DNA from: Clostridia bacterium
GTDB lineage: Bacteria > Bacillota > Clostridia > Oscillospirales > Acutalibacteraceae
DNA length: 64,000 nucleotides
Direction of reading: 5' to 3'
NCBI GenBank assembly: GCA_017450185.1
Contig: JAFSWN010000071.1
Location: forward strand, 715-64,714
The position numbers and the translations under genes are program-made. Positions 26,725 to 34,999 of this stretch are shown in pieces; positions within the stretch are counted from its first letter, which is position 1, and each line of letters opens with the position of its first letter. The notes below the pieces were generated by a model that was given only the letters and a program-made list of their open reading frames with translations, was not told the origin of the DNA and did no database searches.

Positions 26725-28290
26725 TCAGTACAGCTTCAGTTTTTCAAGATTGACCGCGGCGCGGAGTATAAGTCTTGCATCAGAGGCGGTAATACCGTTT
26801 TCTCCGTCAACGTCGCTGGCGTTCATCTCCCAGTCATTCGGCTTTTCAAGAGACACCGCCGTTCTAAGAGCGAAGCGAGCGTCGGAAGCAGTAACCGCTC
26901 CGTCCCCGTCGTTGTCGCCCTTAACAACAACGGTTTCTTTGCTGCCTTCGGGTTTAACAAGGGACATTCCCGAGCAGATCTTATCGGTTGATTTAACTTC
27001 TTTTCCGTCTTTATCGAGCGCCTTTGCTCCCGTGTCGACGGCTTTTATCAGATTGCCAACCTGGACTCCGCAAGCACAGTAGACTGTCCCCGACCTTTCA
27101 GCGATAACAGAAGTGTTAACTTCGGCGTTTCCAAGCTTTGAGAGTATCTCAGTCTTTGTTGTTCCACAAACTGTGCATGTGTAGGTTTTAACTCCGGTTT
27201 TTTCGGTCGTTGGCGAAACGGTGACCTTTCCCTGCTCCCATTCGTGGTTGTTTGTCTTTGCTATTGTTTCGGTCTTTGTTGTTCCGCAAACCGTGCAGGT
27301 GCAGGTCATAATACCCTCTTTGGCGCAAGTCGCCTGCCGTGTGACTACAAAAGTAAAGCTGTGAGTGTGATCGTCCATCGGAACAAACTTAATATTGTTT
27401 TGTTTCGCGTATTCCTGCGCGTAGCTACCGGCGTATCCGAAAAAGATCAAATTGTCAGAGCAGTTCCTGAACGCATAATCCCCGATGCTGGTCACACTGT
27501 CCGGGATATTGACGCTTGTAAGTGAGGTGCAGTCGAAAAACGCAACCGTCCCGATGCTGGTCACTCCGTCCGGGATATTGACGCTTTTAAGGGACTTGCA
27601 CCCCCAAAAATCACCGTATTCGATGCTCGTTACGCGATTCGGGATATTGACGCTTGTAAGTGAGGTGCAGCCGGAAAACGCAAACGTCCCGATGCTCGTC
27701 ACGCTTTCCGGCATTTTGACGCTGATCAGGGAGGAGCAGTCGAAGAACGCAGAGCCGCCTAGGCTTGTCACGCTGTCGGGAATATTGACGCTTGTCAGGG
27801 AGGTGCATTTTTCAAACACAGAACCGCCGATGCTCGTTACACTGTCCGGGATATTCACACTTTTAAGGGAGGTGCACCCGTTGAACGCAGAACTGCCGAT
27901 GCTCGTTACGCTGTCCGGGATATTGACGTTTGTCAGGGAGGTGCAGCCGTAGAACGCACGAATGCCGATGCTCGTTACGCTGTCCGGAATATTGACGCTT
28001 GTAAAGGAAGTGCAATTGCATAACGCAAACCTCCCGATACTCGTAACTTCATTGTTTATAACAATAGTTTTTATAGTGTTTTTTCCCAGAAACGGCGATC
28101 CATTGGAAAAATCATTCTTCAGTTCTCCGCTTCCACTGATTGTAAGCAGACCGTCGCTGTCGAGCGTCCAGGTGAGGTTTTCATTGCACGTGCCCGACTC
28201 AACTATTTCCGCAGCAAAAGCAGGTGCAGAATATACAGAAAGCAGCATTAAAGCCGACAAAAATAATGCGATAAGTTTCTTTATTTTCAT
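26725..28290 (-). CDS. BspA-type leucine-rich-repeat surface protein with C-terminal type-I dockerin
   Basis: Signal peptide MKIKKLIALFLSALMLLSVYSAPAFA. Eight full 23-aa repeats (consensus CTSLTSVNIPDSVTSIGxxAFxx) plus one degenerate unit. Two C..CTVCGTTKTE motifs. C-terminal DNDGDGAVTASDARFALR and DVDGENGITASDARLILR dockerin loops. AGGAGG RBS before ATG 28290. Confidence 0.85.
   Translation of the reverse strand: MKIKKLIALFLSALMLLSVYSAPAFAAEIVESGTCNENLTWTLDSDGLLTISGSGELKNDFSNGSPFLGKNTIKTIVINNEVTSIGRFALCNCTSFTSVNIPDSVTSIGIRAFYGCTSLTNVNIPDSVTSIGSSAFNGCTSLKSVNIPDSVTSIGGSVFEKCTSLTSVNIPDSVTSLGGSAFFDCSSLISVKMPESVTSIGTFAFSGCTSLTSVNIPNRVTSIEYGDFWGCKSLKSVNIPDGVTSIGTVAFFDCTSLTSVNIPDSVTSIGDYAFRNCSDNLIFFGYAGSYAQEYAKQNNIKFVPMDDHTHSFTFVVTRQATCAKEGIMTCTCTVCGTTKTETIAKTNNHEWEQGKVTVSPTTEKTGVKTYTCTVCGTTKTEILSKLGNAEVNTSVIAERSGTVYCACGVQVGNLIKAVDTGAKALDKDGKEVKSTDKICSGMSLVKPEGSKETVVVKGDNDGDGAVTASDARFALRTAVSLEKPNDWEMNASDVDGENGITASDARLILRAAVNLEKLKLY
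27463..28080. repeat. Tandem 69-bp coding repeats (LRR units)
   Basis: The 23-codon periodicity shows in the protein. It also shows in the antisense pseudo-ORFs repeating MLVTLSGILTLV. Confidence 0.85.
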
Positions 28291-28380
28291 TATCGTTTTT
28301 CCTCCTGAATATCGTATACACAATAATCCTTATGTCGCATAATCATGGAAATAATTGAAGTTCTTCCAATTTTTATCTAC

Positions 28381-28409
28381 ATTATGGCAATTATACAGGA
28401 TAATGTCAA
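28381..28409 (-). promoter_or_regulatory. Candidate sigma-A promoter of the LRR-dockerin gene
   Basis: Minus strand reads TTGACA, 17 nt, CATAAT, about 90 nt upstream of ATG 28290. Confidence 0.45.
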
Positions 28410-28415
28410 TAAGAG

Positions 28416-28454
28416 GCAGGGTAGACATTTTTTTTGCAGGGTAGACATTTTTTT
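28416..28454. repeat. Perfect tandem direct repeat GCAGGGTAGACAT plus T-run (20 nt then 19 nt)
   Basis: 28416-28435 is gcagggtagacatttttttt. 28436-28454 is gcagggtagacattttttt. It lies immediately upstream of the candidate -35 of the LRR gene. Confidence 0.85.
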
Positions 28455-28504
28455 GCGTCCATCAGATTACCCGTCTCAACGCTTTTCAACAGAAACCAAC
28501 GCAA

Positions 28505-29095
28505 TTATGCCTTACAAAAATCCAAATACTCAATCCATGTATCCAAATTATTATAGTCTTCAGAAGATGTAAAGAAATCATTGGGTTCGTTCCTATACAT
28601 ACTTACAAACAGTTGTTTGTTCATCAAAATAATCGCGTCGTTAAAATCGAAATCAGGACCTGCGGATGATTGGAAAATAACATATTCATTTTCAGGATCT
28701 GCATAAACAAAATAAAAGGTCCAGTATTTTAATCCTCGCTTCATACTCCAAGTATCTTCTCCGTAGGCAGTATAGTCTAAAAAGGCTTCGTTCAGATCCT
28801 CGTAATCAAGAGTTATGTTATCCTCAGTCAGATCTGATCTGCTGGATACATCAGGGAGAATAATATCGCACCATGATAAATGAGTTTCGTCATAAAACTT
28901 AAATGCAAAAATATCAAACATAATGCTAAAACCATAAACAAAACCTTCGCTATCTGCTAACTGACTGAAATTTGCCGCGTTAAGCGGTTCCTTCTTGCTT
29001 GAATGCGCTCCTGTCTTCCCGCTATCAGGCGAAGAACAGGCGCATAACATTAACAGAAAAATAAAAACTATCTGAACGCTGATCACTTTTTTCAT
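28505..29095 (-). CDS. Lipoprotein of unknown function
   Basis: MKKVISVQIVFIFLLMLCACSS signal with the same LCAC lipobox as the S8 protein. AT-rich codon usage. Confidence 0.7.
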   Translation of the reverse strand: MKKVISVQIVFIFLLMLCACSSPDSGKTGAHSSKKEPLNAANFSQLADSEGFVYGFSIMFDIFAFKFYDETHLSWCDIILPDVSSRSDLTEDNITLDYEDLNEAFLDYTAYGEDTWSMKRGLKYWTFYFVYADPENEYVIFQSSAGPDFDFNDAIILMNKQLFVSMYRNEPNDFFTSSEDYNNLDTWIEYLDFCKA

Positions 29096-29118
29096 CGGTT
29101 AATCCTCCAAGTCTTGTA

Positions 29119-29580
29119 TTATGACAAATTCTTTTTTTCAAGTGAGTCAAAAACCGCTTTGTTTTTGATTACATACTCTCTTATCGCCATGAGATGGTAA
29201 ATGGACCCGATAATTCCTATCATTGAACCAAAGATAAAATTGATAACAAGGTTGATAATGCAGTCGCTCAATGATTCAAAATTGTTGTATATCCCAACGG
29301 GTTTTTGAATTATTTCTTTCGCATATTTTTTATCCTTAACACATGTATAGATATTGTATATACCGGCAATAATTCCAAAAAGGCTCAAAATCTGCAAAAT
29401 ACCGATGATGATCCAAATATTGCTTTCCAGGTTAATCCTTTTTACCAGTTCGTTAAGAACGCTTCTTTCCGTTTCGTCCATTTCGACAGCGCTTTCAGAT
29501 AATTGGACGTTTGCACCGCACACTTTGCAAATCTCTGAATTATCTTCTACCATACTTCCACAGTTTCTGCAAGTTTTCAT
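29119..29580 (-). CDS. Zinc-ribbon domain membrane protein
   Basis: MKTCRNCGSMVEDNSEICKVCGAN (CxxC...CxxC) followed by hydrophobic segments (two are apparent; not formally predicted). ATG 29580 with a GGTGG RBS is preferred over the track TTG at 29589. Confidence 0.7.
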   Translation of the reverse strand: MKTCRNCGSMVEDNSEICKVCGANVQLSESAVEMDETERSVLNELVKRINLESNIWIIIGILQILSLFGIIAGIYNIYTCVKDKKYAKEIIQKPVGIYNNFESLSDCIINLVINFIFGSMIGIIGSIYHLMAIREYVIKNKAVFDSLEKKNLS

Positions 29581-29673
29581 AAAAAACAACCACCTTTTTT
29601 ATTAATATGACGTTAAAAGAATTTTTCAATAAATCCCTTTAACAATTCAATATTATAGCCCGTCTATGGGCAA

Positions 29674-29702
29674 TTGTCAATATGTGGGCTTTATTTTATA
29701 CT
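29674..29702 (+). promoter_or_regulatory. Candidate sigma-A promoter for the small HTH gene
   Basis: TTGTCA, 17 nt, TATACT, about 90 nt upstream of ATG 29792. Confidence 0.4.
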
Positions 29703-29791
29703 GAAAACAAAGGATTATTTTTGAAAGGATCAGTATAGACATAAAAAGCCATAGTTTTTGTTTTTTTATGTGAATAGCATCGAAGTTTTAT

Positions 29792-29989
29792 ATGATAGTT
29801 TACGATAAATTATGGCAAACAATGAAGAAAAAAGGCATTTCACAATATCAATTGATAAAAATATACGGGTTTTCAACCGGACAACTTGACAGACTACGCA
29901 AAAACGGCAACGTCAGCAGTTATACACTCAATACTCTTTGTGAAATTCTTGATTGCGAATTGCAGGATATTGCGGAGTACAAGAAATAA
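29792..29989 (+). CDS. Small XRE/Cro-type helix-turn-helix DNA-binding protein
   Basis: MIVYDKLWQTMKKKGISQYQLIKIYGFSTGQLDRLRKNGNVSSYTLNTLCEILDCELQDI matches the common 65-70 aa HTH family of Clostridia. No clear RBS. Confidence 0.75.
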   Translation: MIVYDKLWQTMKKKGISQYQLIKIYGFSTGQLDRLRKNGNVSSYTLNTLCEILDCELQDIAEYKK

Positions 29990-30016
29990 TATACTATTGA
30001 TTTGAATTCCTTTCCC

Positions 30017-30045
30017 GCTTGCCATCCGGCAAGCTTCTTCTTTTT
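30017..30045 (+). terminator. Rho-independent terminator after the HTH gene
   Basis: GCTTGCC, loop ATCC, GGCAAGC, followed by TTCTTCTTTTT. Confidence 0.6.
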
Positions 30046-30227
30046 CATCGTTTTTGAGAAGTTCCATAAAAAAATACCGGCGCCAACAGGACGCCGGAAC
30101 CGGGTTGATTCGCGATAATTCTCGTTCACGGCGGTTTCTGTCACGTCGTCACCGCAAACGATATTTTCTCTTCGCTGGTATCAATATACAGCGACAAGCT
30201 TAAATCATCCTAAAAATCGGGAAGATT

Positions 30228-30683
30228 TTATTCGATGGCAAGTTTTCTTGCCGTGGGGACCTCGGGCTCCTTCTTGGGCATTGTGAGAGTCAGGACTCCG
30301 TTTTCATACTTGGCTCCGATGTGTTCGGCGTCTACGCCGGTGATATCGAAGCTTCTCTGATAGGAACCGTAGGAACGCTCAACACGAAGATAGCTGTCTT
30401 TTTTGTCTTTGTCTTCATGCTCGGAGTGACGCTCCGCCTTGATGGTGAGATAATCGCCGTCGATCTGAACGTCAATGTCTTCCTTGTTGAAGCCGGGGAG
30501 ATCCGCTTCCAGAGTGTAGCCCCCGTCGGTCTCCTTGATGTCGGTCTTGAAAGGCTCAATTGAATTTCTGGAAAAATAGGGACTTAATGAGCCGAATAAG
30601 TTTTTTTCAAAGTCCTCCATTTCCTTGAAGGGATTATAAAGTGATGCGCGGTTCTTTGAACCAAAGGGAATAATTTCAAACAT
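30228..30683 (-). CDS. Hsp20/alpha-crystallin small heat-shock protein
   Basis: Alpha-crystallin core FKTDIKETDGGYTLEADLPGFNKEDIDVQIDGDYLTIKAERH...GVLTLTMPK. ATG 30683 follows an AGAGG RBS. Confidence 0.9.
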   Translation of the reverse strand: MFEIIPFGSKNRASLYNPFKEMEDFEKNLFGSLSPYFSRNSIEPFKTDIKETDGGYTLEADLPGFNKEDIDVQIDGDYLTIKAERHSEHEDKDKKDSYLRVERSYGSYQRSFDITGVDAEHIGAKYENGVLTLTMPKKEPEVPTARKLAIE

Positions 30684-30785
30684 AATCAAAACCTCTTTCT
30701 TTGTATTAGTATTTCCTTTTGCAATTATATATATACACCCCTGTTGTTACATCCGTGTTGCAATTGTTTTACCTTTTTGTAAACT

Positions 30786-30812
30786 TTAGCACTCTCTTGC
30801 TTAAAGTGCTAA
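30786..30812. promoter_or_regulatory. CIRCE operator (HrcA binding site) upstream of hsp20
   Basis: TTAGCACTC, N9, AAGTGCTAA against consensus TTAGCACTC-N9-GAGTGCTAA (one mismatch). About 100 nt upstream of the hsp20 start. A TAAACT hexamer abuts it on the coding strand. Confidence 0.75.
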
Positions 30813-30912
30813 AGTTTAGACGAATAAAAAAATAATCAAAACCGCGCTGCCGGCTTTTCGGCAGAACAAATCAAGCTTGATTTTACCGGATACTGATGGT
30901 AATATAAAAATA

Positions 30913-30940
30913 TAAAAAAAAGAGGCGTGCCGGACGCCTC
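30913..30940 (-). terminator. Rho-independent terminator after trmO
   Basis: Minus strand reads GAGGCGT, loop CCGG-type, ACGCCTC, followed by TTTTTTTT. Confidence 0.7.
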
Positions 30941-30947
30941 GGGAACA

Positions 30948-31640
30948 TCAGCTTTGCGGTTCAAGCCTTGTGACCTTTATTGTTTTACCGCTGAATACGA
31001 AACCGACGTGAACGCCGCCGAATTCAAAGGAATATACCCTTTCGGGATCGTTTTGATAATGCGGGCGCGGATCTCCCGACAGCACCTGAGAAAGCTGCGT
31101 GAGAAAGACGCTGTCAAAAGACGAAACGTCGCAGCAAAACGTTACTTCGGCGCTCTGGTCTTTGACTTCGTCTGCAAAGCCGCCTGAGGCGTCCGGAATA
31201 CTGTCGGTGAACGGAAGATAGGGCTTGATATCGAAGATCGGCGTGCCGCTGAGCATATCGGCTCCCTCCACATACAGCACAGGAGCGTTTTGTTCCTCAT
31301 AACCGACTCTTATAAGCTTAACGCAGGAAAGGCCGAGAGAATTCGGCCGGTAGGGCGAACGGCTGGCGAACACCCCTACCCTCTCGTTTCCGCCGAGGCG
31401 CGGAGGACGCACCGTGAGCGCATTCCCGTTTCTTTTGGCTTCGGAAAACTCCCAGATGAGCCAGAGATGCGAAAAGCCCTCTATTCCCCTGACTGCTTCG
31501 GGAGAGCGGAAAGCTGGTTCAAAAACTATTTTTCCCCGTATGCCCGCAAGCCCGCTCTGGCGCGGAATGCCGAATTTGGAGGAAAACGGAGTATATATCT
31601 TAGCTACGGGTACTATTTCTGCCACAAAGCAACACCTCAC
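30948..31640 (-). CDS. trmO: tRNA (m6t6A37) methyltransferase TrmO (TsaA/YaeB family)
   Basis: FGIPRQSGL and FSHLWLIWEF motifs, with a C-terminal extension typical of the long form. Confidence 0.8.
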   Translation of the reverse strand: MRCCFVAEIVPVAKIYTPFSSKFGIPRQSGLAGIRGKIVFEPAFRSPEAVRGIEGFSHLWLIWEFSEAKRNGNALTVRPPRLGGNERVGVFASRSPYRPNSLGLSCVKLIRVGYEEQNAPVLYVEGADMLSGTPIFDIKPYLPFTDSIPDASGGFADEVKDQSAEVTFCCDVSSFDSVFLTQLSQVLSGDPRPHYQNDPERVYSFEFGGVHVGFVFSGKTIKVTRLEPQS

Positions 31641-31771
31641 GGTAATTATACTTTATTATTTTATACAATGCAATAATTGAATTTTACATATAATAATCCT
31701 GATGAGGACTGACGGCGCAGCGCTGCCGAAACTGAATTTATTATTATAAACAAGTCAAAACCGGAGGATAT

Positions 31772-32485
31772 ATGAGCGACAGATTTTCAAGAACACAGCT
31801 TTTATTAGGGCGAGAAGCGATGGAAAAGCTGAAGAACTCACGCGTGGCGGTGTTCGGGCTCGGAGGAGTCGGAGGATACGTTTGCGAGGCTCTCGCGAGA
31901 AGCGGAGTCGGCGCGCTCGATCTTATTGACAACGATACCGTCAGCCTGACGAACATCAACCGCCAGATAATAGCCACCACCGAAACCGTTGGAAGATTCA
32001 AGACCGAAGCGGCGAAGGAGCGCGTGCTCAGCATCAACCCCGACTGCGAAGTTAAAACACACACGATCTTCTTTTTGCCCGAAAGCGCGGATGAATTTAA
32101 TTTTTCTTTATACGATTACGTTGTTGACGCCATCGACAACGTAACGGGGAAGCTCTGCCTTGCCGAAAAGTGCCAAAAAACCGGAACTCCGCTGATTTCA
32201 TCGATGGGAACGGGAAACAAGCTTGACCCGTCCGCGCTGACGATAGACGACATATACAACACGTCGGTGTGCCCGCTTGCGAGAGTGATGAGACGCGAAT
32301 GCAGAAAACGCGGGATAAAAAAGCTTAAGGTGCTCTATTCAAAGGAAACGCCGATACCTCTTAAAGAGGCCTGCGCCCCGGAGGACGCCGGAGGAAGAAG
32401 GGGCGTTCCGGGGTCAACGGCGTTCGTTCCACCGGCGGCGGGGCTTATGATAGCGGCTCAGGTCGTCAAAGATCTGATAAAATAA
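31772..32485 (+). CDS. tcdA: tRNA threonylcarbamoyladenosine dehydratase (ThiF/E1-like, TcdA/CsdL)
   Basis: FSRTQLLLGREAMEKLKNSRVAVFGLGGVGGYVCEALARSGVGALDLIDNDTVSLTNINRQ. GGAGG RBS. Confidence 0.8.
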   Translation: MSDRFSRTQLLLGREAMEKLKNSRVAVFGLGGVGGYVCEALARSGVGALDLIDNDTVSLTNINRQIIATTETVGRFKTEAAKERVLSINPDCEVKTHTIFFLPESADEFNFSLYDYVVDAIDNVTGKLCLAEKCQKTGTPLISSMGTGNKLDPSALTIDDIYNTSVCPLARVMRRECRKRGIKKLKVLYSKETPIPLKEACAPEDAGGRRGVPGSTAFVPPAAGLMIAAQVVKDLIK

Positions 32486-32487
32486 AA

Positions 32488-32526
32488 CAGATACGTTCCG
32501 TTTTTCGGAAAGTATCTGCTTTTTTA
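32488..32526. terminator. Bidirectional terminator between tcdA and the opp operon end
   Basis: CAGATACGTTCCG, loop TTTTT, CGGAAAGTATCTG: 13-bp stem with one mismatch. A-run before it and T-run after it. Confidence 0.7.
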
Positions 32527-32799
32527 TTATTTGTATATCGCGAGAAAAATAACTATGAACAGGAACGCAGCTAAAATGAAGATACCGGCTATCAGCAGGC
32601 TTGCGCTGAGCGAACCGAGCAAGTAGATGCGTCTGTCCTCGCGGGACATCTTTTCCGATTCGGATTCCTGACGTATCTCCCATTTATCGTCCTGTTTCTT
32701 TTTCGGCAGGCGCGGCAAAAAGATCCGCTGCCGTTCTATACCGCTCATATCGGCGACGGTTCTGCCGTCGTCTTCAAAATCACTGTTTTTTTTCGACAT
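32527..32799 (-). CDS. Small C-terminally anchored membrane protein, unknown function
   Basis: Charged N-terminal part and a single C-terminal TM segment (LLGSLSASLLIAGIFILAAFLFIVIFLAIY). ATG 32799 is 5 nt after the oppF stop. Weak RBS. Confidence 0.45.
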   Translation of the reverse strand: MSKKNSDFEDDGRTVADMSGIERQRIFLPRLPKKKQDDKWEIRQESESEKMSREDRRIYLLGSLSASLLIAGIFILAAFLFIVIFLAIYK

Positions 32800-32803
32800 A
32801 CCG

Positions 32804-33841
32804 TTATTCGTTATAGAGATGGCACACAACATAGTGGCCGGGTTCGATCTCCTTCTGGACGGGCGCCTCGGTTTTGCATTTTTCCATGCAGTTCTCGCAG
32901 CGGGTGTGGAACTTGCACCCCTTGGGAGGATTAGCGGGCGAGGGTATAGTGCCCTCGAGCACGATGCGCTTCATCTTTATTGTGGGATCGGGCACGGGGA
33001 TCGCCGAAAACAGAGCCTTCGTGTAGGGATGGAGAGGATTGCGGAATATATCCTCGGTGTCGCCGTATTCAACGAGATTTCCGAGATACATAACGCCCAC
33101 GGTGTCGGAAATATGCTCAACAACGGAAAGGTCATGAGAAATGAACAGATAAGTGAGCTTATACTTCTCCTGAAGATCCTTGAGAAGGTTGATTATCTGT
33201 GCCTGAATGGAAACGTCGAGAGCGGAAACGGGCTCGTCGCACACCACGAACTCGGGATTGAGCGCGAGAGCGCGCGCGATACATATTCTCTGGCGCTGGC
33301 CGCCCGAGAACTCATGAGGATAGCGGTCCTTGTGGAAGGGCTGCAGGCCGCAGTTATCCATGACCTCGTCTATATAGTCGTTAAACTCGTCCTTCGGCAC
33401 CAGATTATGCTCTCTTACCGCCTCGCCGATTATTTCGCCAACGGGCATTCTGGGAGAAAGGGATGAAAAGGGATCCTGAAAGATTATCTGCATCTTCGGA
33501 CGAAGCGCGCGCATTTCGGATTTTGTGAGGTCGTAGACCTCCTGGCCGTTGAAGAGCACCTGACCTCCGGTCTTTTCACCGGAAAGGCGCAGTATTGTTC
33601 TGCCGGCGGTGGTCTTTCCGCAGCCGGACTCGCCCACAAGCCCCATTGTGCAGCCGCGCTTCAGGTTGAAGGTGACGTTGTCGACCGCCTTGACGTAGCC
33701 GACAGTTCTGGCGATCATGCCACCCTTGATCGGAAAATACTTTTTAAGGGCGTTTACCATCAGTATATACTGCGGGTCGTAGGTCACGGGGGTGAAATCG
33801 TTTTCGATCGTGAGGTTTTCTTTATTCGCCATCTTATTCAC
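32804..33841 (-). CDS. oppF: Oligopeptide/dipeptide ABC transporter ATP-binding protein
   Basis: Walker A GESGCGKTT, signature FSGGQRQR, Walker B VVCDEPVSALD. C-terminal Cys-containing oligopeptide-transporter domain. Confidence 0.85.
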   Translation of the reverse strand: MNKMANKENLTIENDFTPVTYDPQYILMVNALKKYFPIKGGMIARTVGYVKAVDNVTFNLKRGCTMGLVGESGCGKTTAGRTILRLSGEKTGGQVLFNGQEVYDLTKSEMRALRPKMQIIFQDPFSSLSPRMPVGEIIGEAVREHNLVPKDEFNDYIDEVMDNCGLQPFHKDRYPHEFSGGQRQRICIARALALNPEFVVCDEPVSALDVSIQAQIINLLKDLQEKYKLTYLFISHDLSVVEHISDTVGVMYLGNLVEYGDTEDIFRNPLHPYTKALFSAIPVPDPTIKMKRIVLEGTIPSPANPPKGCKFHTRCENCMEKCKTEAPVQKEIEPGHYVVCHLYNE

Positions 33842-34985
33842 CCTCCTTGTTCATTTCATAATAGCGGTAGCAGCTCACCTTGTGCGTGGGAGAAAGGCTG
33901 ATCTCCTCGGGATAGGCTCCGTCGCAGCCGTTCACACACATTTCGCATCTGTCCTTAAAGTAGCAGTAATTGGGCATGTTTACGGGGTTCGGCACCTTTC
34001 CGGGGATGGAATAAAGCTTATCCACCTTTTTGCCGACCACGGGCTTTGAAGCCATGAGTCCTATAGTGTAGGGATGGGCGGGATGGGCGAAAATTTCCTC
34101 TGCGGTCCCCTTTTCAACGACCTTGCCGGCGTACATGACCACAACGTAGTCCGCCATTTCGGCGATGACGCCGAGATCGTGGGTTATGAGCATGATGGAT
34201 GAATTGATCTTATCCTTGAGCTGCCTTAAAAGGTCGAGTATCTGCGCCTGAATAGTAACGTCGAGCGCCGTTGTAGGCTCGTCGGCGATTATGAGCTTGG
34301 GGTTGCACGCGAGCGCCATGGCTATCATTACCCTCTGGCGCATACCGCCCGAAAGCTCGTGCGGGAACATGCTGTAAACGCCCTCGGCGTTTGCTATACC
34401 GACCGTTTCAAGCAGATCCACGGTGCGCTTTTTGAGCTCGTCCTTTCCGAGCTTCTTTTCGCTGTGCAGCTCGATGACCTCTTCTATCTGGTCGCCTATC
34501 CTGAAAACGGGGTTAAGCGAGGTCATGGGCTCCTGGAATATCATAGAGAGATAATTGCCCCTGATCTTCTGCATCCTCTCGGTGGGCATTTTCGTGATCT
34601 CATAAGCCCTGTCGCTGAGATTGAGCCTTATCTCGCCGCTGACGACCTGCCCCTGCGGACGCTGCAAAAGCTGCATGATGGAAAGGGACGTGACGCTCTT
34701 TCCGCAGCCGGACTCGCCCACCACGCCGATCGTTTTGCCGATCGGGACGTTGAACGTAACGCCGTCAACGGCCTTTACGGTGCCGACGTCTGTGAAGAAA
34801 TGAGTGTGAAGATCGTCTATCTCGATAACGTTGAGCGGATCGGTCATCTGCGTGAGATATTCCTTCTCGGGGACGTTCTTTCTTTTATGCTGTTTTTCAA
34901 ACTGTTTGGTTATTTTGCGGTTCGATCTCGAGATCCTGCGCGAATCCTTCGCGGAGAGATAACCTTCTGCTTTTTTTCTTGCCAT
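33834..34985 (-). CDS. oppD: Oligopeptide/dipeptide ABC transporter ATP-binding protein
   Basis: Walker [10 protein letters not shown], signature LSGGMRQR, Walker [12 protein letters not shown]. Confidence 0.85.
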   Translation of the reverse strand: MARKKAEGYLSAKDSRRISRSNRKITKQFEKQHKRKNVPEKEYLTQMTDPLNVIEIDDLHTHFFTDVGTVKAVDGVTFNVPIGKTIGVVGESGCGKSVTSLSIMQLLQRPQGQVVSGEIRLNLSDRAYEITKMPTERMQKIRGNYLSMIFQEPMTSLNPVFRIGDQIEEVIELHSEKKLGKDELKKRTVDLLETVGIANAEGVYSMFPHELSGGMRQRVMIAMALACNPKLIIADEPTTALDVTIQAQILDLLRQLKDKINSSIMLITHDLGVIAEMADYVVVMYAGKVVEKGTAEEIFAHPAHPYTIGLMASKPVVGKKVDKLYSIPGKVPNPVNMPNYCYFKDRCEMCVNGCDGAYPEEISLSPTHKVSCYRYYEMNKEGE

Positions 34986-34999
34986 AATATCTCCCCTCC

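Noticed and set aside
27463-28080. Regularly spaced repeats that could suggest a CRISPR array.
   Set aside because: The 69-bp units are contiguous with no unique spacers, lie in frame within a long ORF, and encode a 23-aa LRR consensus. No cas genes are present.
27485-28342. Plus-strand ORFs with the striking repeat MLVTLSGILTLV...
   Set aside because: They are the antisense reading of the 69-bp LRR coding repeats. The minus-strand frame has a signal peptide, RBS, LRR consensus and dockerin.
23422-30060. Calling the AT-rich patch a mobile element or genomic island with defined ends.
   Set aside because: I found no integrase, recombinase, transposase, tRNA target or flanking direct or inverted repeats. 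Only the compositional shift and accessory-type cargo support foreign origin, so it is reported as a finding and not as a mobile_element feature.
30068-30097. Hairpin CCGGCG...CGCCGG with a U-run on the minus strand as the hsp20 terminator.
   Set aside because: It has only a 6-bp stem and lies ~130 nt beyond the hsp20 stop. This is plausible but too weak to list as a feature.
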